This document shows, piece by piece, positions 49,040-57,971 of a stretch of 64,000 bases of DNA (positions are counted from its first letter, which is position 1; the number at the start of each line of letters is the position of its first letter). The DNA is taken from positions 96,001 through 160,000 of the forward strand of contig CAVXTP010000014.1 of assembly GCA_963764715.1 (NCBI GenBank), written 5' to 3'. The stretch is from an uncultured Acidobacteriota bacterium (GTDB lineage: Bacteria; Acidobacteriota; Thermoanaerobaculia; UBA5066; Gp7-AA6). Under the pieces are notes generated by a model, which was not told the DNA's origin, did not search any database, and saw only the letters and a list, made by a program, of their open reading frames with translations. The position numbers and the translations under genes are program-made.

Positions 49040-49987
49040 CTACTCTTCCGGCGGGACCGCGTCGATCTCGAGACCGGATTCGTCGGCGAGCGCGGTCCGG
49101 TTCCGGCCCGTCTTCTGGGCGCGCGCGAGCGCGCTGCCGGCCGCGATCAGGAGAGCCGAGTCGTCGAGCCCCGCTTCCCCGCCCTCGGCCGCGACGCCGA
49201 GCGAAAGGGTCACGGGCACCGGGCCGGCCGAGGTGAGGACCGGGCGGTTGGCGAAGTTCTCGCGGATCCGCTCGGCGACCGTGAGCGCCCCGAGGCCGTC
49301 GGAGCCTGGCAGGACGATCAGGAACTCCTCGCCGCCGTAGCGGCCGACCGAATCGTAGGGCCGGACGGAGGAGTTCATGCGCCGCGCGGCCTCGCGCAGG
49401 ACCTCGTCGCCGACCGGGTGCCCCAGGTTCTCGTTGACCTTCCGGAACTCGTCGAGGTCGGCGAGCACCACGCCGACCGAGCCGCTCTTGCGCCGCGCGC
49501 GGTCGCGTTCCTTCTGCAGCACCTCGAGGATCGAGGCGTGGTTCCAGGAGCCGGTGATCGCGTCGCGGGTCGACTGGATCCGCAGCGCGTCCTGCGAGGC
49601 CTTGAGCGCCTGCTCGGTCTCGATGACGCGGGCGCCCGTCCGGATCCGCGCGCGCGTCTCGACCGAGTCGAGCGGCGCGAAGAGGAAGTCGTCGGCGCCG
49701 GCGTTCAGGCCGTCGAAGAGCTCCTCCTGGCCGCGGGAGTCGACGAGGAGCAGCACGTAGGCGGACGGAAGGTCGGGGTGGAGGCGGAGGCGCCGGCAGA
49801 CGTCGATGCCGAGCATCCCCTCCATCCGCCAGGCGAGAACGGCGAGGACGGGCTTGCGCTCCGACTCGATCTTCGCCCAGGCGTCGACGCCGTTGCGGGA
49901 GGGGGTCACTTCGTAACCCCACTTGATCAGCCAGCCCTCGAGCTGGCGCATCCGCTCGGAATCGCTGTCGGCGAGGAGGACCCTCAT
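49040..49987 (-). CDS. REC-GGDEF diguanylate cyclase (PleD/WspR-like) with atypical receiver domain
   Basis: Receiver (VLLADSD, AGADDF); RPYD I-site; RYGGEEF. Confidence 0.9.
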   Translation of the reverse strand: MRVLLADSDSERMRQLEGWLIKWGYEVTPSRNGVDAWAKIESERKPVLAVLAWRMEGMLGIDVCRRLRLHPDLPSAYVLLLVDSRGQEELFDGLNAGADDFLFAPLDSVETRARIRTGARVIETEQALKASQDALRIQSTRDAITGSWNHASILEVLQKERDRARRKSGSVGVVLADLDEFRKVNENLGHPVGDEVLREAARRMNSSVRPYDSVGRYGGEEFLIVLPGSDGLGALTVAERIRENFANRPVLTSAGPVPVTLSLGVAAEGGEAGLDDSALLIAAGSALARAQKTGRNRTALADESGLEIDAVPPEE

Positions 49988-50030
49988 CGTGTTGCAGCGA
50001 ATCGTAGCAAAGTCGCGTCCGGCGCCCGGC

Positions 50031-50801
50031 CTAGAGCCGGTCGAAGCCGACGAGATCGATCTTCTGCTCGCGGACGAGGGCCCGGATGTTCGGGTCGCAC
50101 AGCACCTCGACCTCCCACTCGCGCTCGTCGACGTAGGCGGAGCCGCGGCGCAGCTCCTCGTCCGCCTTGCCGGGGTGGCACATCAGCTCGCTCGTGCCCT
50201 CCGGAAGCTCCGCGAGGATGCGCTCCATCTCCTCGAACGTGGCCCCCTGCGCGTAAAAGGAGTCGATGAACCGGTCCGGCGTCCGCACGCCCGCGGCGCG
50301 CAGGGCCCGCCGGGCGTCCTCGCTCGACGCGCGCACGGGCAGGGACCGCTTCTTCGCGACCGCGGCGAAGACGGGCGCGACCGAGGGGTGGAGGGCCACG
50401 TGGTGGTGCGAGTCGAGGTGGGTCGGGGATTTGCGCGCGAGAACCTCGAAGATCCCGATCTGCGCCTCGAGCTCGAGGAGCACCTCCTCGGGCGGCAGGC
50501 GCGGGGGGAGGTCCTCGCGGCTCCTCGGGAACGCGCCGCCCGGCGCGAGATGGGGGACGTCGTGCGCGGCGGCGGCGGGCCGGCCCCCGCCGGTCAGGGC
50601 GAAGTGCAGGCCGAGCGAGAGCCCGCGGGCGCGCTCGGCCGCCTCGCGGATGCCTCGGGCGGCGGACTTCTCGAGGACCATCACGGTCGCCGACGTCACG
50701 ATTCCCCGGGCATGGGCCTGCAGCACGCCCGCGTTGACCCCCGCGGAGCGTCCGAAGTCGTCGGCGTTGACGATGAGGCGTTTCACGCGTTCCGGCGCCA
50801 T
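50031..50801 (-). CDS. ChbG/HpnK/YdjC family deacetylase
   Basis: LIVNADDFG, LGLHF, THLDSHHH, ELMCHPG. Confidence 0.92.
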   Translation of the reverse strand: MAPERVKRLIVNADDFGRSAGVNAGVLQAHARGIVTSATVMVLEKSAARGIREAAERARGLSLGLHFALTGGGRPAAAAHDVPHLAPGGAFPRSREDLPPRLPPEEVLLELEAQIGIFEVLARKSPTHLDSHHHVALHPSVAPVFAAVAKKRSLPVRASSEDARRALRAAGVRTPDRFIDSFYAQGATFEEMERILAELPEGTSELMCHPGKADEELRRGSAYVDEREWEVEVLCDPNIRALVREQKIDLVGFDRL

Positions 50802-50836
50802 TCTGCAACAGTTTCGTCGGCGATAATTGCGCTCCG

Positions 50837-51223
50837 ATGGCCACGCGCGGAATCCGGGGAGCGACGACCGTCGACGCAAACGCCGCGGATGCGATCAAGG
50901 AGCGCACGCTCGAGCTGCTCGGCGTCCTGGTCGCGTCGAACGGCCTGCGCCCGGAAGACGTCGCGAGCGCGACCTTCACGGTCACGGCGGACCTCGACGC
51001 GGAGTTCCCGGCGCTCGCCGTCCGCTCGCTGCCGGGCTGGGAGGACGTCCCGCTCCTGTGCGCGCGCGAGATTCCAGTCGAGGGATCGCTCGGGCGCTGC
51101 ATCCGCGTCCTGCTCCACTGGAACACGGACCGCCTCCAGAGCCAGGTCCGCCACGCCTTCCTGCGCGGCGCGCGCGGGCTGCGCCCGGCCTGGGCGGTCC
51201 GCGTGGACGGCGACGAGCCGTGA
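50837..51223 (+). CDS. aroH: Chorismate mutase, AroH class
   Basis: RGIRGATTV, FTVTADLDAEFPA, VPLLCAREI, CIRVLLH, LRP. Confidence 0.93.
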   Translation: MATRGIRGATTVDANAADAIKERTLELLGVLVASNGLRPEDVASATFTVTADLDAEFPALAVRSLPGWEDVPLLCAREIPVEGSLGRCIRVLLHWNTDRLQSQVRHAFLRGARGLRPAWAVRVDGDEP

Positions 51224-52044
51224 GGCAGGTCGCGGTCGCCGGCCTCGGGCTGATCGGGGGCTCCCTGGCGCTCGCGGTGAAGGCCCGGGGCTGGGACCAC
51301 CGGGCCTCGGCGCGCGAGGCGGCCCGCCGGCGCGGCATCGACGTCGCCGACACGCTCGCCGAGGCGCTCGACGGCGCCCGGATTGCGGTCGCGGCGGTCC
51401 CGAGCGACGCGGCGCCCGCCCTTCTCCTCGAGATGTTCCGCGCGGCGCCGTCCGCCGTCCTGACCGACGCCGCCTCGATCAAGCGGCCGATCGCGGACGG
51501 CGCGGCGGCGCTTCCCGCCGGGGCCCGCTTCGTGGCCGGCCATCCCATGGCGGGCTCGCAGAAGAGCGGCGTCGAAGCCGCCGACGCCGGCCTCTTCCGG
51601 GGCCGTCCCTGGATCCTCTGCCCGACCGCGCGTTCGGACGAAGAGGCCCTGGCGGCGGTCGAGGAAGTCGTGCGCGCCGCCGGCGCCCGGCCCGTCCGTC
51701 TCGACGCGGCGAGCCACGACGCCCTGATGACCTGGGCGAGCCACCTTCCGCTGGCCGTCGCCGCGGCCCTGGCGAGGGCGGCGGGAGCGGGGGCCGGGCC
51801 GGAGCTTTCCAGCGTCGCGGGCCCCGGCCTCCTCGACACCACCCGGCTCGCCGGCCAGCCGGCGCCACTCGCCCTCGAGCTCGCGCTCGCCGACCCGCGG
51901 GCGCTGGCCGACGCGGTGGACGCCGTGCGCGAAGAGCTCGCGAGGCTCGGCGGGGCCCTGCGCGCGGGAGACGCGGCCGCGATCCGCGCGTTCCTCGAAG
52001 AAGCCTCGGCCCGGCGGCGGGACCTCGGTCAGTCCGTCCCGTAG
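51220..52044 (+). CDS. tyrA: Prephenate dehydrogenase
   Basis: [33 protein letters not shown]. Confidence 0.9.
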   Translation: MRQVAVAGLGLIGGSLALAVKARGWDHRASAREAARRRGIDVADTLAEALDGARIAVAAVPSDAAPALLLEMFRAAPSAVLTDAASIKRPIADGAAALPAGARFVAGHPMAGSQKSGVEAADAGLFRGRPWILCPTARSDEEALAAVEEVVRAAGARPVRLDAASHDALMTWASHLPLAVAAALARAAGAGAGPELSSVAGPGLLDTTRLAGQPAPLALELALADPRALADAVDAVREELARLGGALRAGDAAAIRAFLEEASARRRDLGQSVP

Positions 52045-53732
52045 CGGCGGCGCACTTCTGCGGCGAGCGCGGCAAAGCCCGGGAGGTCGAGGCTCTGGGC
52101 CCCGTCGGAGAGCGCGTGCTCGGGATCGTTGTGCACCTCGACGAGGATACCGTGCGCGCCGGCCGCGAGCCCCGCGAGCGCGAGCGGCGCGACGATCGAC
52201 CGGATTCCCGCGGCGTGGCTCGGGTCGACGATGACGGGCAGGTGCGTGCGCTCGCGGACGAGGGCCACGCCGTTCAGGTCGAGCGTGTGCCGCGTCGCCC
52301 GCTCGAACGTCCGGATGCCGCGCTCGCAGAGGATGACCTCGGGGTTGCCGTCGGCGAGGATGTACTCGGCGGCCGAGAGCCACTCGTCGAGCGTCGCGCC
52401 GCCGCCCCGCTTCAGGAGGACGGGCTTGCCGGCGCGGCCTGCCGCGCGGAGCAGCGCGAAGTTCTGCATGTTGCGCGCACCGATCTGCAGCACGTCCGCA
52501 TACCGGGCGACGACGGGGACCTCTTCCCAGGAGAGCACCTCCGTCACCACGGGCAGGCCGGTCTTCTCGCGCGCCTCGGCCAGGAACTTCAGTCCGCGCA
52601 CGCCGAGGCCCTGGAAGTCGTACGGCGACGTGCGCGGCTTGTACGCCCCGCCGCGGAGCAGATCGGCCCCCGCCGCCGCGACCGAGGCCGCGACTTCGAG
52701 GAGCATCTCCTCCCCTTCGACCGAGCAGGGCCCGGCCATGAGGACGGGCCGATCCCCGCCGATCTCGACGCCTCCCACGGTGATGCGCGTGCCCTCCGGG
52801 TTCTGCCGCCGGTCGAAGAGCGGCATGTCGGGCTTCGGGCGATGGTGCGCGGGCGCGGGCGTCGGCGCGGCCGATGGCGCCGTGCCGTCGTTCCACTCAC
52901 GGTAGCTTCCGAGGATGACGACCTTGGTCACGAGGGCCTCGGCCGACTCGATCGCCTCGGCGAGGCGCGGCTCGTCCGGCGCGCCCTCGACGTCCACGTA
53001 GAAGCGGTACGTCCACGGCGCCGTCCGTTCCGGCCGCGACTGGAGCGAGGTCAGGTTGACGCCGCGCGACGCGAACGCCTGCAGCGCGGCGGCGAGCATT
53101 CCCGGCTTGTGCGGCAGCCAGAGAAGGAGCGAGGTCTTGCGGCGGACGGGCGCGCCGTCGGGAGCGGCGGAGGCCGCCGGCTCGCGCGTGAAGGTCAGAA
53201 AGCGCGTCTGGTTCGAGGGATCGTCCTCGATGCGTTCGGCGAGCGGCGCGAGGCCGTAGGCCCCGCCCGCGCCGAGCGGCGCGATCGCCGCCTGGTCGCG
53301 CCGGCCGTCGCGCGCCACGATCTCGGCGCTGCCCGCCGTGTCCCACTCGCTGACGAGCTCGGCCTGCGGCAGGTGCGCCTCGAGCCAGATGCGGCACTGC
53401 CCGAGGGCCACCGGGTGCGACAGCACGCGCCGGATCTCCGAGAGCGGCGTCCCCGGAGCCCCCAGGAGCGCGTGGTAGACGGGCAGGAGGATTTCGTCCG
53501 AGAGATGCAGCGCGCCGTCGCCGAAGGCGTCGTGCAGCAGGTCGTAGGTCGCCGTGACCGATCCGAAGAGCGAGTTTTCGATCGCGAGGCATCCGGCGTC
53601 GGCGCGGTCCGCACGCACGGCCGCGACGACCTCCCGGACCTCGCGGCACGGCACGATCGTCGCGTCCGGCCAGCGCCACTTCGCGGCCGACTCGGAGAAG
53701 GATCCATGGGTTCCCTGGATGGCGACGCGCAC
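52029..53732 (-). CDS. pheA-aroF: Fusion of prephenate dehydratase (with ACT domain) and type I-beta DAHP synthase
   Basis: N-terminal [33 protein letters not shown]; C-terminal [34 protein letters not shown]. Confidence 0.92.
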   Translation of the reverse strand: MRVAIQGTHGSFSESAAKWRWPDATIVPCREVREVVAAVRADRADAGCLAIENSLFGSVTATYDLLHDAFGDGALHLSDEILLPVYHALLGAPGTPLSEIRRVLSHPVALGQCRIWLEAHLPQAELVSEWDTAGSAEIVARDGRRDQAAIAPLGAGGAYGLAPLAERIEDDPSNQTRFLTFTREPAASAAPDGAPVRRKTSLLLWLPHKPGMLAAALQAFASRGVNLTSLQSRPERTAPWTYRFYVDVEGAPDEPRLAEAIESAEALVTKVVILGSYREWNDGTAPSAAPTPAPAHHRPKPDMPLFDRRQNPEGTRITVGGVEIGGDRPVLMAGPCSVEGEEMLLEVAASVAAAGADLLRGGAYKPRTSPYDFQGLGVRGLKFLAEAREKTGLPVVTEVLSWEEVPVVARYADVLQIGARNMQNFALLRAAGRAGKPVLLKRGGGATLDEWLSAAEYILADGNPEVILCERGIRTFERATRHTLDLNGVALVRERTHLPVIVDPSHAAGIRSIVAPLALAGLAAGAHGILVEVHNDPEHALSDGAQSLDLPGFAALAAEVRRRYGTD

Positions 53733-53741
53733 GGGACCTCC

Positions 53742-53777
53742 AGAAAGAAAAAGGCCCCGCCGTTTCCGGCGGGGCCT
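53742..53777 (-). terminator. Attenuator terminator upstream of pheA-aroF
   Basis: Minus strand AGGCCCCGCCG-GAAA-CGGCGGGGCCT followed by TTTTCTTTCT, directly before the GGAGG RBS. Confidence 0.85.
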
Positions 53778-53805
53778 CGAGTTCCGATTTCGGTTGGCGC
53801 GATCG

Positions 53806-53883
53806 CTAACGCACGCTCCCCGAACCGGACGCGCCGCAGGCCGCGCCGGAGCCGGTCAACGGGGAGTACCAGTATCGCGTCAT
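53806..53883 (-). CDS. Leader peptide [25 protein letters not shown] (aromatic amino-acid attenuator)
   Basis: 25-codon uORF with tandem Tyr-Trp-Tyr codons, lying between the promoter and the terminator. Confidence 0.8.
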   Translation of the reverse strand: MTRYWYSPLTGSGAACGASGSGSVR

Positions 53884-53892
53884 CGCCCGGGC

Positions 53893-53921
53893 AGGATAGG
53901 CCTCGACAGCGGAGGTGTCAA
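53893..53921 (-). promoter_or_regulatory. Sigma70 promoter of the leader/pheA-aroF transcript
   Basis: TTGACA-17 nt-TATCCT, 9 nt before the leader ATG. Confidence 0.8.
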
Positions 53922-53996
53922 CCGGGCGGCCCGGCATAGAATCCGGCCGTCCTCGCGGCGCCGCCCGAAAGCCGCGCCGCAGGCAGGAGGAACACC

Positions 53997-54479
53997 ATGC
54001 ATCCGACGAAGAACGATCTCCCGCAGAAGGTCCGATCCAAGGTCGGCTCGGTCCTCGCCGATCGCCTCGCCGACGCGACGGACCTGATGCTCCAGACCAA
54101 GCAGGCCCACTGGAACGTCAAGGGCCCCAGCTTCATCGCCCTCCACGAGCTCTTCGACAAGGTCAACGACTCCGCCGAGGAGTGGGTCGACCTGATCGCC
54201 GAGCGGATCGTGCAGCTCGGCGGGCAGGCCGAGGGCACCCTGCAGGCCACCGCCGCGCGCACCTCGATGACGCCGTATCCGATCTCGATCGTCAGCGGCA
54301 AGGACCACGTCGAGGCCCTGTCCTCGGCGCTCGCGTCCTTCGGCAAGAAGGTGCGCGCCGCCATCGACAAGACCGACAAGCTCGGCGACAAGGACACGGC
54401 GGACCTCTTCACCGAGGTGTCGCGGGACGTCGACAAGTACCTCTGGTTCGTCGAGGCGCACAACCAGCGCGCCGAGTAG
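53997..54479 (+). CDS. dps: DNA starvation/stationary phase protection protein Dps
   Basis: KQAHWNVKGPSFIALHELFD, DLIAERI, DKYLWFVEAH; AGGAGG RBS. Confidence 0.95.
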   Translation: MHPTKNDLPQKVRSKVGSVLADRLADATDLMLQTKQAHWNVKGPSFIALHELFDKVNDSAEEWVDLIAERIVQLGGQAEGTLQATAARTSMTPYPISIVSGKDHVEALSSALASFGKKVRAAIDKTDKLGDKDTADLFTEVSRDVDKYLWFVEAHNQRAE

Positions 54480-54484
54480 CGGCG

Positions 54485-55411
54485 GTGGCCGCCGGCTCGA
54501 AGTGGCGGCGTCTCTCGACCGAGGCGGTTCATCCCCGGTCCCGGAATCTCGACCGGCTCGGCGTCGAGGGCGTCGTCGCGCTGATGCAGGCGGAGGACCG
54601 CCGCGCGGTCGGGGCCGTGAAGGCCGCCCGCCGCGACATCGCGCGCGCCGCCCGGGCGCTGCGCGAGGTCTACCTCGCCGGCGGAAAGTGCCTGCTCTTC
54701 GGCGCCGGCACGAGCGGCCGGCTCGCGGTGCTCGAAGCCGCCGAGCTGCCGCCGACCTTCGGCACCGACCCCCGGCGGATCCGGGCCGTCATGGCCGGAG
54801 GGCGCGGCGCCGTCTTCCGGTCGCGCGAAGGGGCCGAGGACGCAAGGCGCGCCGGGGCGCGGGCGGGAGCGCGCGCGGAGGGCCGCGACCTCGTGATCGG
54901 AGTTTCGGCGAGCTCGGTGACGCCCTTCGTGCGCGGAGCGCTCGCCTCGGCGCGGGTCCGCGGCGCCCGCACCGTGCTCCTGACCGCGCACGCCCCCGGA
55001 GCGGCGCGCGCCCTCGCGGACGTCGTCGTCGTTCTGCGCGTCGGGCCCGAGGTCGTCGCCGGCTCCACGCGGCTGAAGGCCGGCACGGCGACCAAGCTCG
55101 CGCTCAACCAGATCACGACGGCCGCGTTCGCGTCCTCGGGACGCGTCTTCGGGCCCTGGATGCTGGACCTCTCGCGCGGCTCCGCCAAGCTCCGCGACCG
55201 GGCGGCGCGGACCGTCGCCGCCGCCTCGGGCGCCGCGCCCGCGCGGGCCCGCCGGCTGCTCGCGCGCGCCGGCGGCGACGTGCGCCTCGCGATTCTCATG
55301 GCCCGTACTGGCCTCGATCTGCGCGCGGCGCGCGCCGCCCTGGCCTCGGCGGGCGGGAACCTCAGGGCCGCGCTGGAGCGCCCGCGGAAAGGGCCTCGAC
55401 GGCGAGCCTGA
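54485..55411 (+). CDS. murQ: N-acetylmuramic acid 6-phosphate etherase
   Basis: TE..HPRSRNLD, GAGTSGRLAVLEAAELPPTFG, EGAED, GPEVVAGSTRLKAGTATK. Confidence 0.92.
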   Translation: MAAGSKWRRLSTEAVHPRSRNLDRLGVEGVVALMQAEDRRAVGAVKAARRDIARAARALREVYLAGGKCLLFGAGTSGRLAVLEAAELPPTFGTDPRRIRAVMAGGRGAVFRSREGAEDARRAGARAGARAEGRDLVIGVSASSVTPFVRGALASARVRGARTVLLTAHAPGAARALADVVVVLRVGPEVVAGSTRLKAGTATKLALNQITTAAFASSGRVFGPWMLDLSRGSAKLRDRAARTVAAASGAAPARARRLLARAGGDVRLAILMARTGLDLRAARAALASAGGNLRAALERPRKGPRRRA

Positions 55412-56294
55412 CCGCGCCCAGGGCCGGCTCGTCCCGCAGCGGCACCACGCGCGCGCCCGGGGCCGCGAGCCGCTCCGCGACCGCCCTCTCGAGCGTCGGG
55501 ACCGCGCGGAAGGTCCCGCCGGAGAGCACCACGTCGTAGGACTGTCCGGCGAGCCCGAGGCGCTCGCGCACGCTCGCCGCGGCGAGCACGAGCTCGTTCG
55601 AGGCCGCGGCCAGGATCGATCGCGCCGCCTCGTCTCCCGCCTGGGCCGCTTCCTCCACCTTCACCGCGAAGTCGGCGACCCGCTGGCGCGGAAATTCGCC
55701 GTCGTAGACCGCGCGCAGGATCTGCTCGGGCCGCGCGATCTCGAAATGTGCGATGAGCGCCTCCTGGAGCCGCGTCGGAGTACCGCGGCCGTCGGCGGCG
55801 CGGAGAGCCTCGCGCACCGCCCGCACGCCGATCCAGAACCCGGACCCCTCGTCGCCGAGGTGCCACCCCCAGCCTCCGGCGCGAGCCGTCTCGCCGCGCG
55901 CGTTCTGTCCCCAGGCGATCGAGCCCGTGCCGCAGACGAGCGCGAGGCCGATCCGCTCCGGCGATCCCGCGACGAAGGCGATGCGCGCGTCGTTGGTGAC
56001 GACCACGCGCTCGCGAAATCCGAGACGGCGAAGGATCGCGCGGAGCACCGCTTCGTCGTCGGGCCGGTCGGCCCCCGCGATGCCGAGCGCGAGCGCCTCC
56101 GGACGCGGCACCCCCGGCTCCTCCAGCTCCTCGACCACGCCGTGGAGGACCTTCTCGACCGCGAGCTCCCCGTGGGTGCGGAGGTTCGCTCCTCCGGATT
56201 GCACCCGTCCGAGAACGCGTCCCGACGCATCGGCGAGGAGGCCGACCGTCTTGCTGCCGCCGGCGTCGATCCCGAGGACGCGGCGCACGCTCAC
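55362..56294 (-). CDS. BadF/BcrA-type N-acetylglucosamine/MurNAc kinase
   Basis: GIDAGGSKT, VTNDA, CGTGS, GGWGWHLGDEGSG. Confidence 0.88.
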   Translation of the reverse strand: MSVRRVLGIDAGGSKTVGLLADASGRVLGRVQSGGANLRTHGELAVEKVLHGVVEELEEPGVPRPEALALGIAGADRPDDEAVLRAILRRLGFRERVVVTNDARIAFVAGSPERIGLALVCGTGSIAWGQNARGETARAGGWGWHLGDEGSGFWIGVRAVREALRAADGRGTPTRLQEALIAHFEIARPEQILRAVYDGEFPRQRVADFAVKVEEAAQAGDEAARSILAAASNELVLAAASVRERLGLAGQSYDVVLSGGTFRAVPTLERAVAERLAAPGARVVPLRDEPALGAVRLAVEALSAGAPARP

Positions 56295-57889
56295 GTCTCC
56301 CGCGCGCCGCGGACGCCGAAGCGCGCGGCCACGAACGCGGCGGCTCCGGCCCCGACGACGAGGCCCACGACGCCGAGGCCGGCGAGCCGGACCCAGTCCG
56401 AGGCGGCGGCCGGGGAAAGCGTGCGGACGAGCGCCGCGCCGAACTCAACGCCCCTTCCGGGGGAGAGCCGGGCCGCCTTGAGGGCGCCGAGCGTCGCGGA
56501 GATCGCGACGGCCACGGCGAATCCCGCGAGCGCCGCGCCGGCGGCGACGGACGCGAAGCGCGTCCGCGACACCGGCCGCGCCTCCATCCGATCGAGCGCG
56601 TCGAGCCGCGGCTCGCGGCCCCCGATCGGCGCGAACTGCTGCAGGAGCAGGAGCCCCGGGATGGACGCCACCGTGCAGACGAAGAAGAACGGCGTCCAGC
56701 CGAGGGCGTCGGCGAAATAGCCCGCGATCGGACCGGTCACGGTCCGGCCGAGAGCGAAGATGGACGAGAAGAGCGCGTACTGCGTGGCCGAGAACTTCCG
56801 CTCGGTCATGCGGAGCAGGAGCACGCCGAAGGCGCCGGTCGCCATGCCCTGGCAGAGGTTCTCCAGGGCGATCGCGCCGTACATGGCGAGGCGATGGGAC
56901 ATCGGCTGAACCACCGCTCCGACGATCCCGCCGGCGCAGGGCGACCCGGGCGTGAGGTGATCGACGAGAACCTGGCCGAGGAACCCGACGTCCTGGAGGC
57001 ATCCGAAGACCCACAGACAGCGCGTCAGGCCGAAGCGCTCGGTCGCCGCACCGCCGAAGAGCGTGCCCGTGATGAGGCAGGTCAGGCCGATCGTCGCCGT
57101 GGCGAGCCCCACGTCCTCGGGCACGTAGCATTTCTGGATCAGGAACGGGCGCACGAGCGCCGTCGCCAGGTTCTCGCCGAACTTGTAGAAGAACAGGAAC
57201 CCCAGGATCGGAAGGATGCCCTGGCGCCGGAAAAGGTCGAGGAGCGGGCCGAAGACCGCCTCCCGCAGCGTCCGGGGCGGCGGGGGCGGAACGGCCGGCT
57301 CCGGCGACCAGAGCACCACGGCCGCGAGCGGCAGGAAGAGGAGCGCGACGCCGGCGAGCACCGGGGGCCAGCCGAGGCGCTGCCCGAGCGTGATCGTGAC
57401 CGCGCCCGACAGCAGGACGGCCGTCCGGGCGAGCGCGGTCCGCGCGCCGACGGCGAGCCCCTGCTCCGAGCGCTCCAGCACCTCGACCGCGTAGGCGTCG
57501 ATGACGATGTCCTGTGACGCGGACCCGAACGCGATCAGGAGCGCGAGCAGCGCGATCACCGTGACGTCGGCGGTCGTGCCGAATCCCGCGAGCGCGAGGA
57601 CCGAGCCCATCAGCACGAGCTGGCAGACCAGAATCCAGGACCGCCGGCGGCCGATCGCGCCGAAGCGGGGGCCGAACCGGTCCATCAGCGGCGACCAGAG
57701 AAACTTGAAGGTCCACGGCGCCTGCGCGAGCGAGAAGAGCCCGACCGTCTTGATGTCGACGCCCCGGTACGTGAGAAAGGCCGGCAGGGCGATCCACACC
57801 AGGCCGAGGGGCAGGCCCGAGGAGAACGACTGGAGCGTGACGGCGCCGATGCGACGGGAGGAGAGCGCCGCGGAGAGGCTCGTCCACAT
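56291..57889 (-). CDS. ampG: AmpG family muropeptide MFS transporter
   Basis: FSSGLP, PWTFKFLWSPLMD, GRRRSWI, SASQDIVIDAY, SATQYAL. Confidence 0.92.
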   Translation of the reverse strand: MWTSLSAALSSRRIGAVTLQSFSSGLPLGLVWIALPAFLTYRGVDIKTVGLFSLAQAPWTFKFLWSPLMDRFGPRFGAIGRRRSWILVCQLVLMGSVLALAGFGTTADVTVIALLALLIAFGSASQDIVIDAYAVEVLERSEQGLAVGARTALARTAVLLSGAVTITLGQRLGWPPVLAGVALLFLPLAAVVLWSPEPAVPPPPPRTLREAVFGPLLDLFRRQGILPILGFLFFYKFGENLATALVRPFLIQKCYVPEDVGLATATIGLTCLITGTLFGGAATERFGLTRCLWVFGCLQDVGFLGQVLVDHLTPGSPCAGGIVGAVVQPMSHRLAMYGAIALENLCQGMATGAFGVLLLRMTERKFSATQYALFSSIFALGRTVTGPIAGYFADALGWTPFFFVCTVASIPGLLLLQQFAPIGGREPRLDALDRMEARPVSRTRFASVAAGAALAGFAVAVAISATLGALKAARLSPGRGVEFGAALVRTLSPAAASDWVRLAGLGVVGLVVGAGAAAFVAARFGVRGARET

Positions 57890-57971
57890 CCCCACGCGGC
57901 CGCTCGAAGGCATCGGCGACCAGTCTACGATCCTTGACAGTCGAATCGGCCCTCTGATCTCGTACCGGCCC

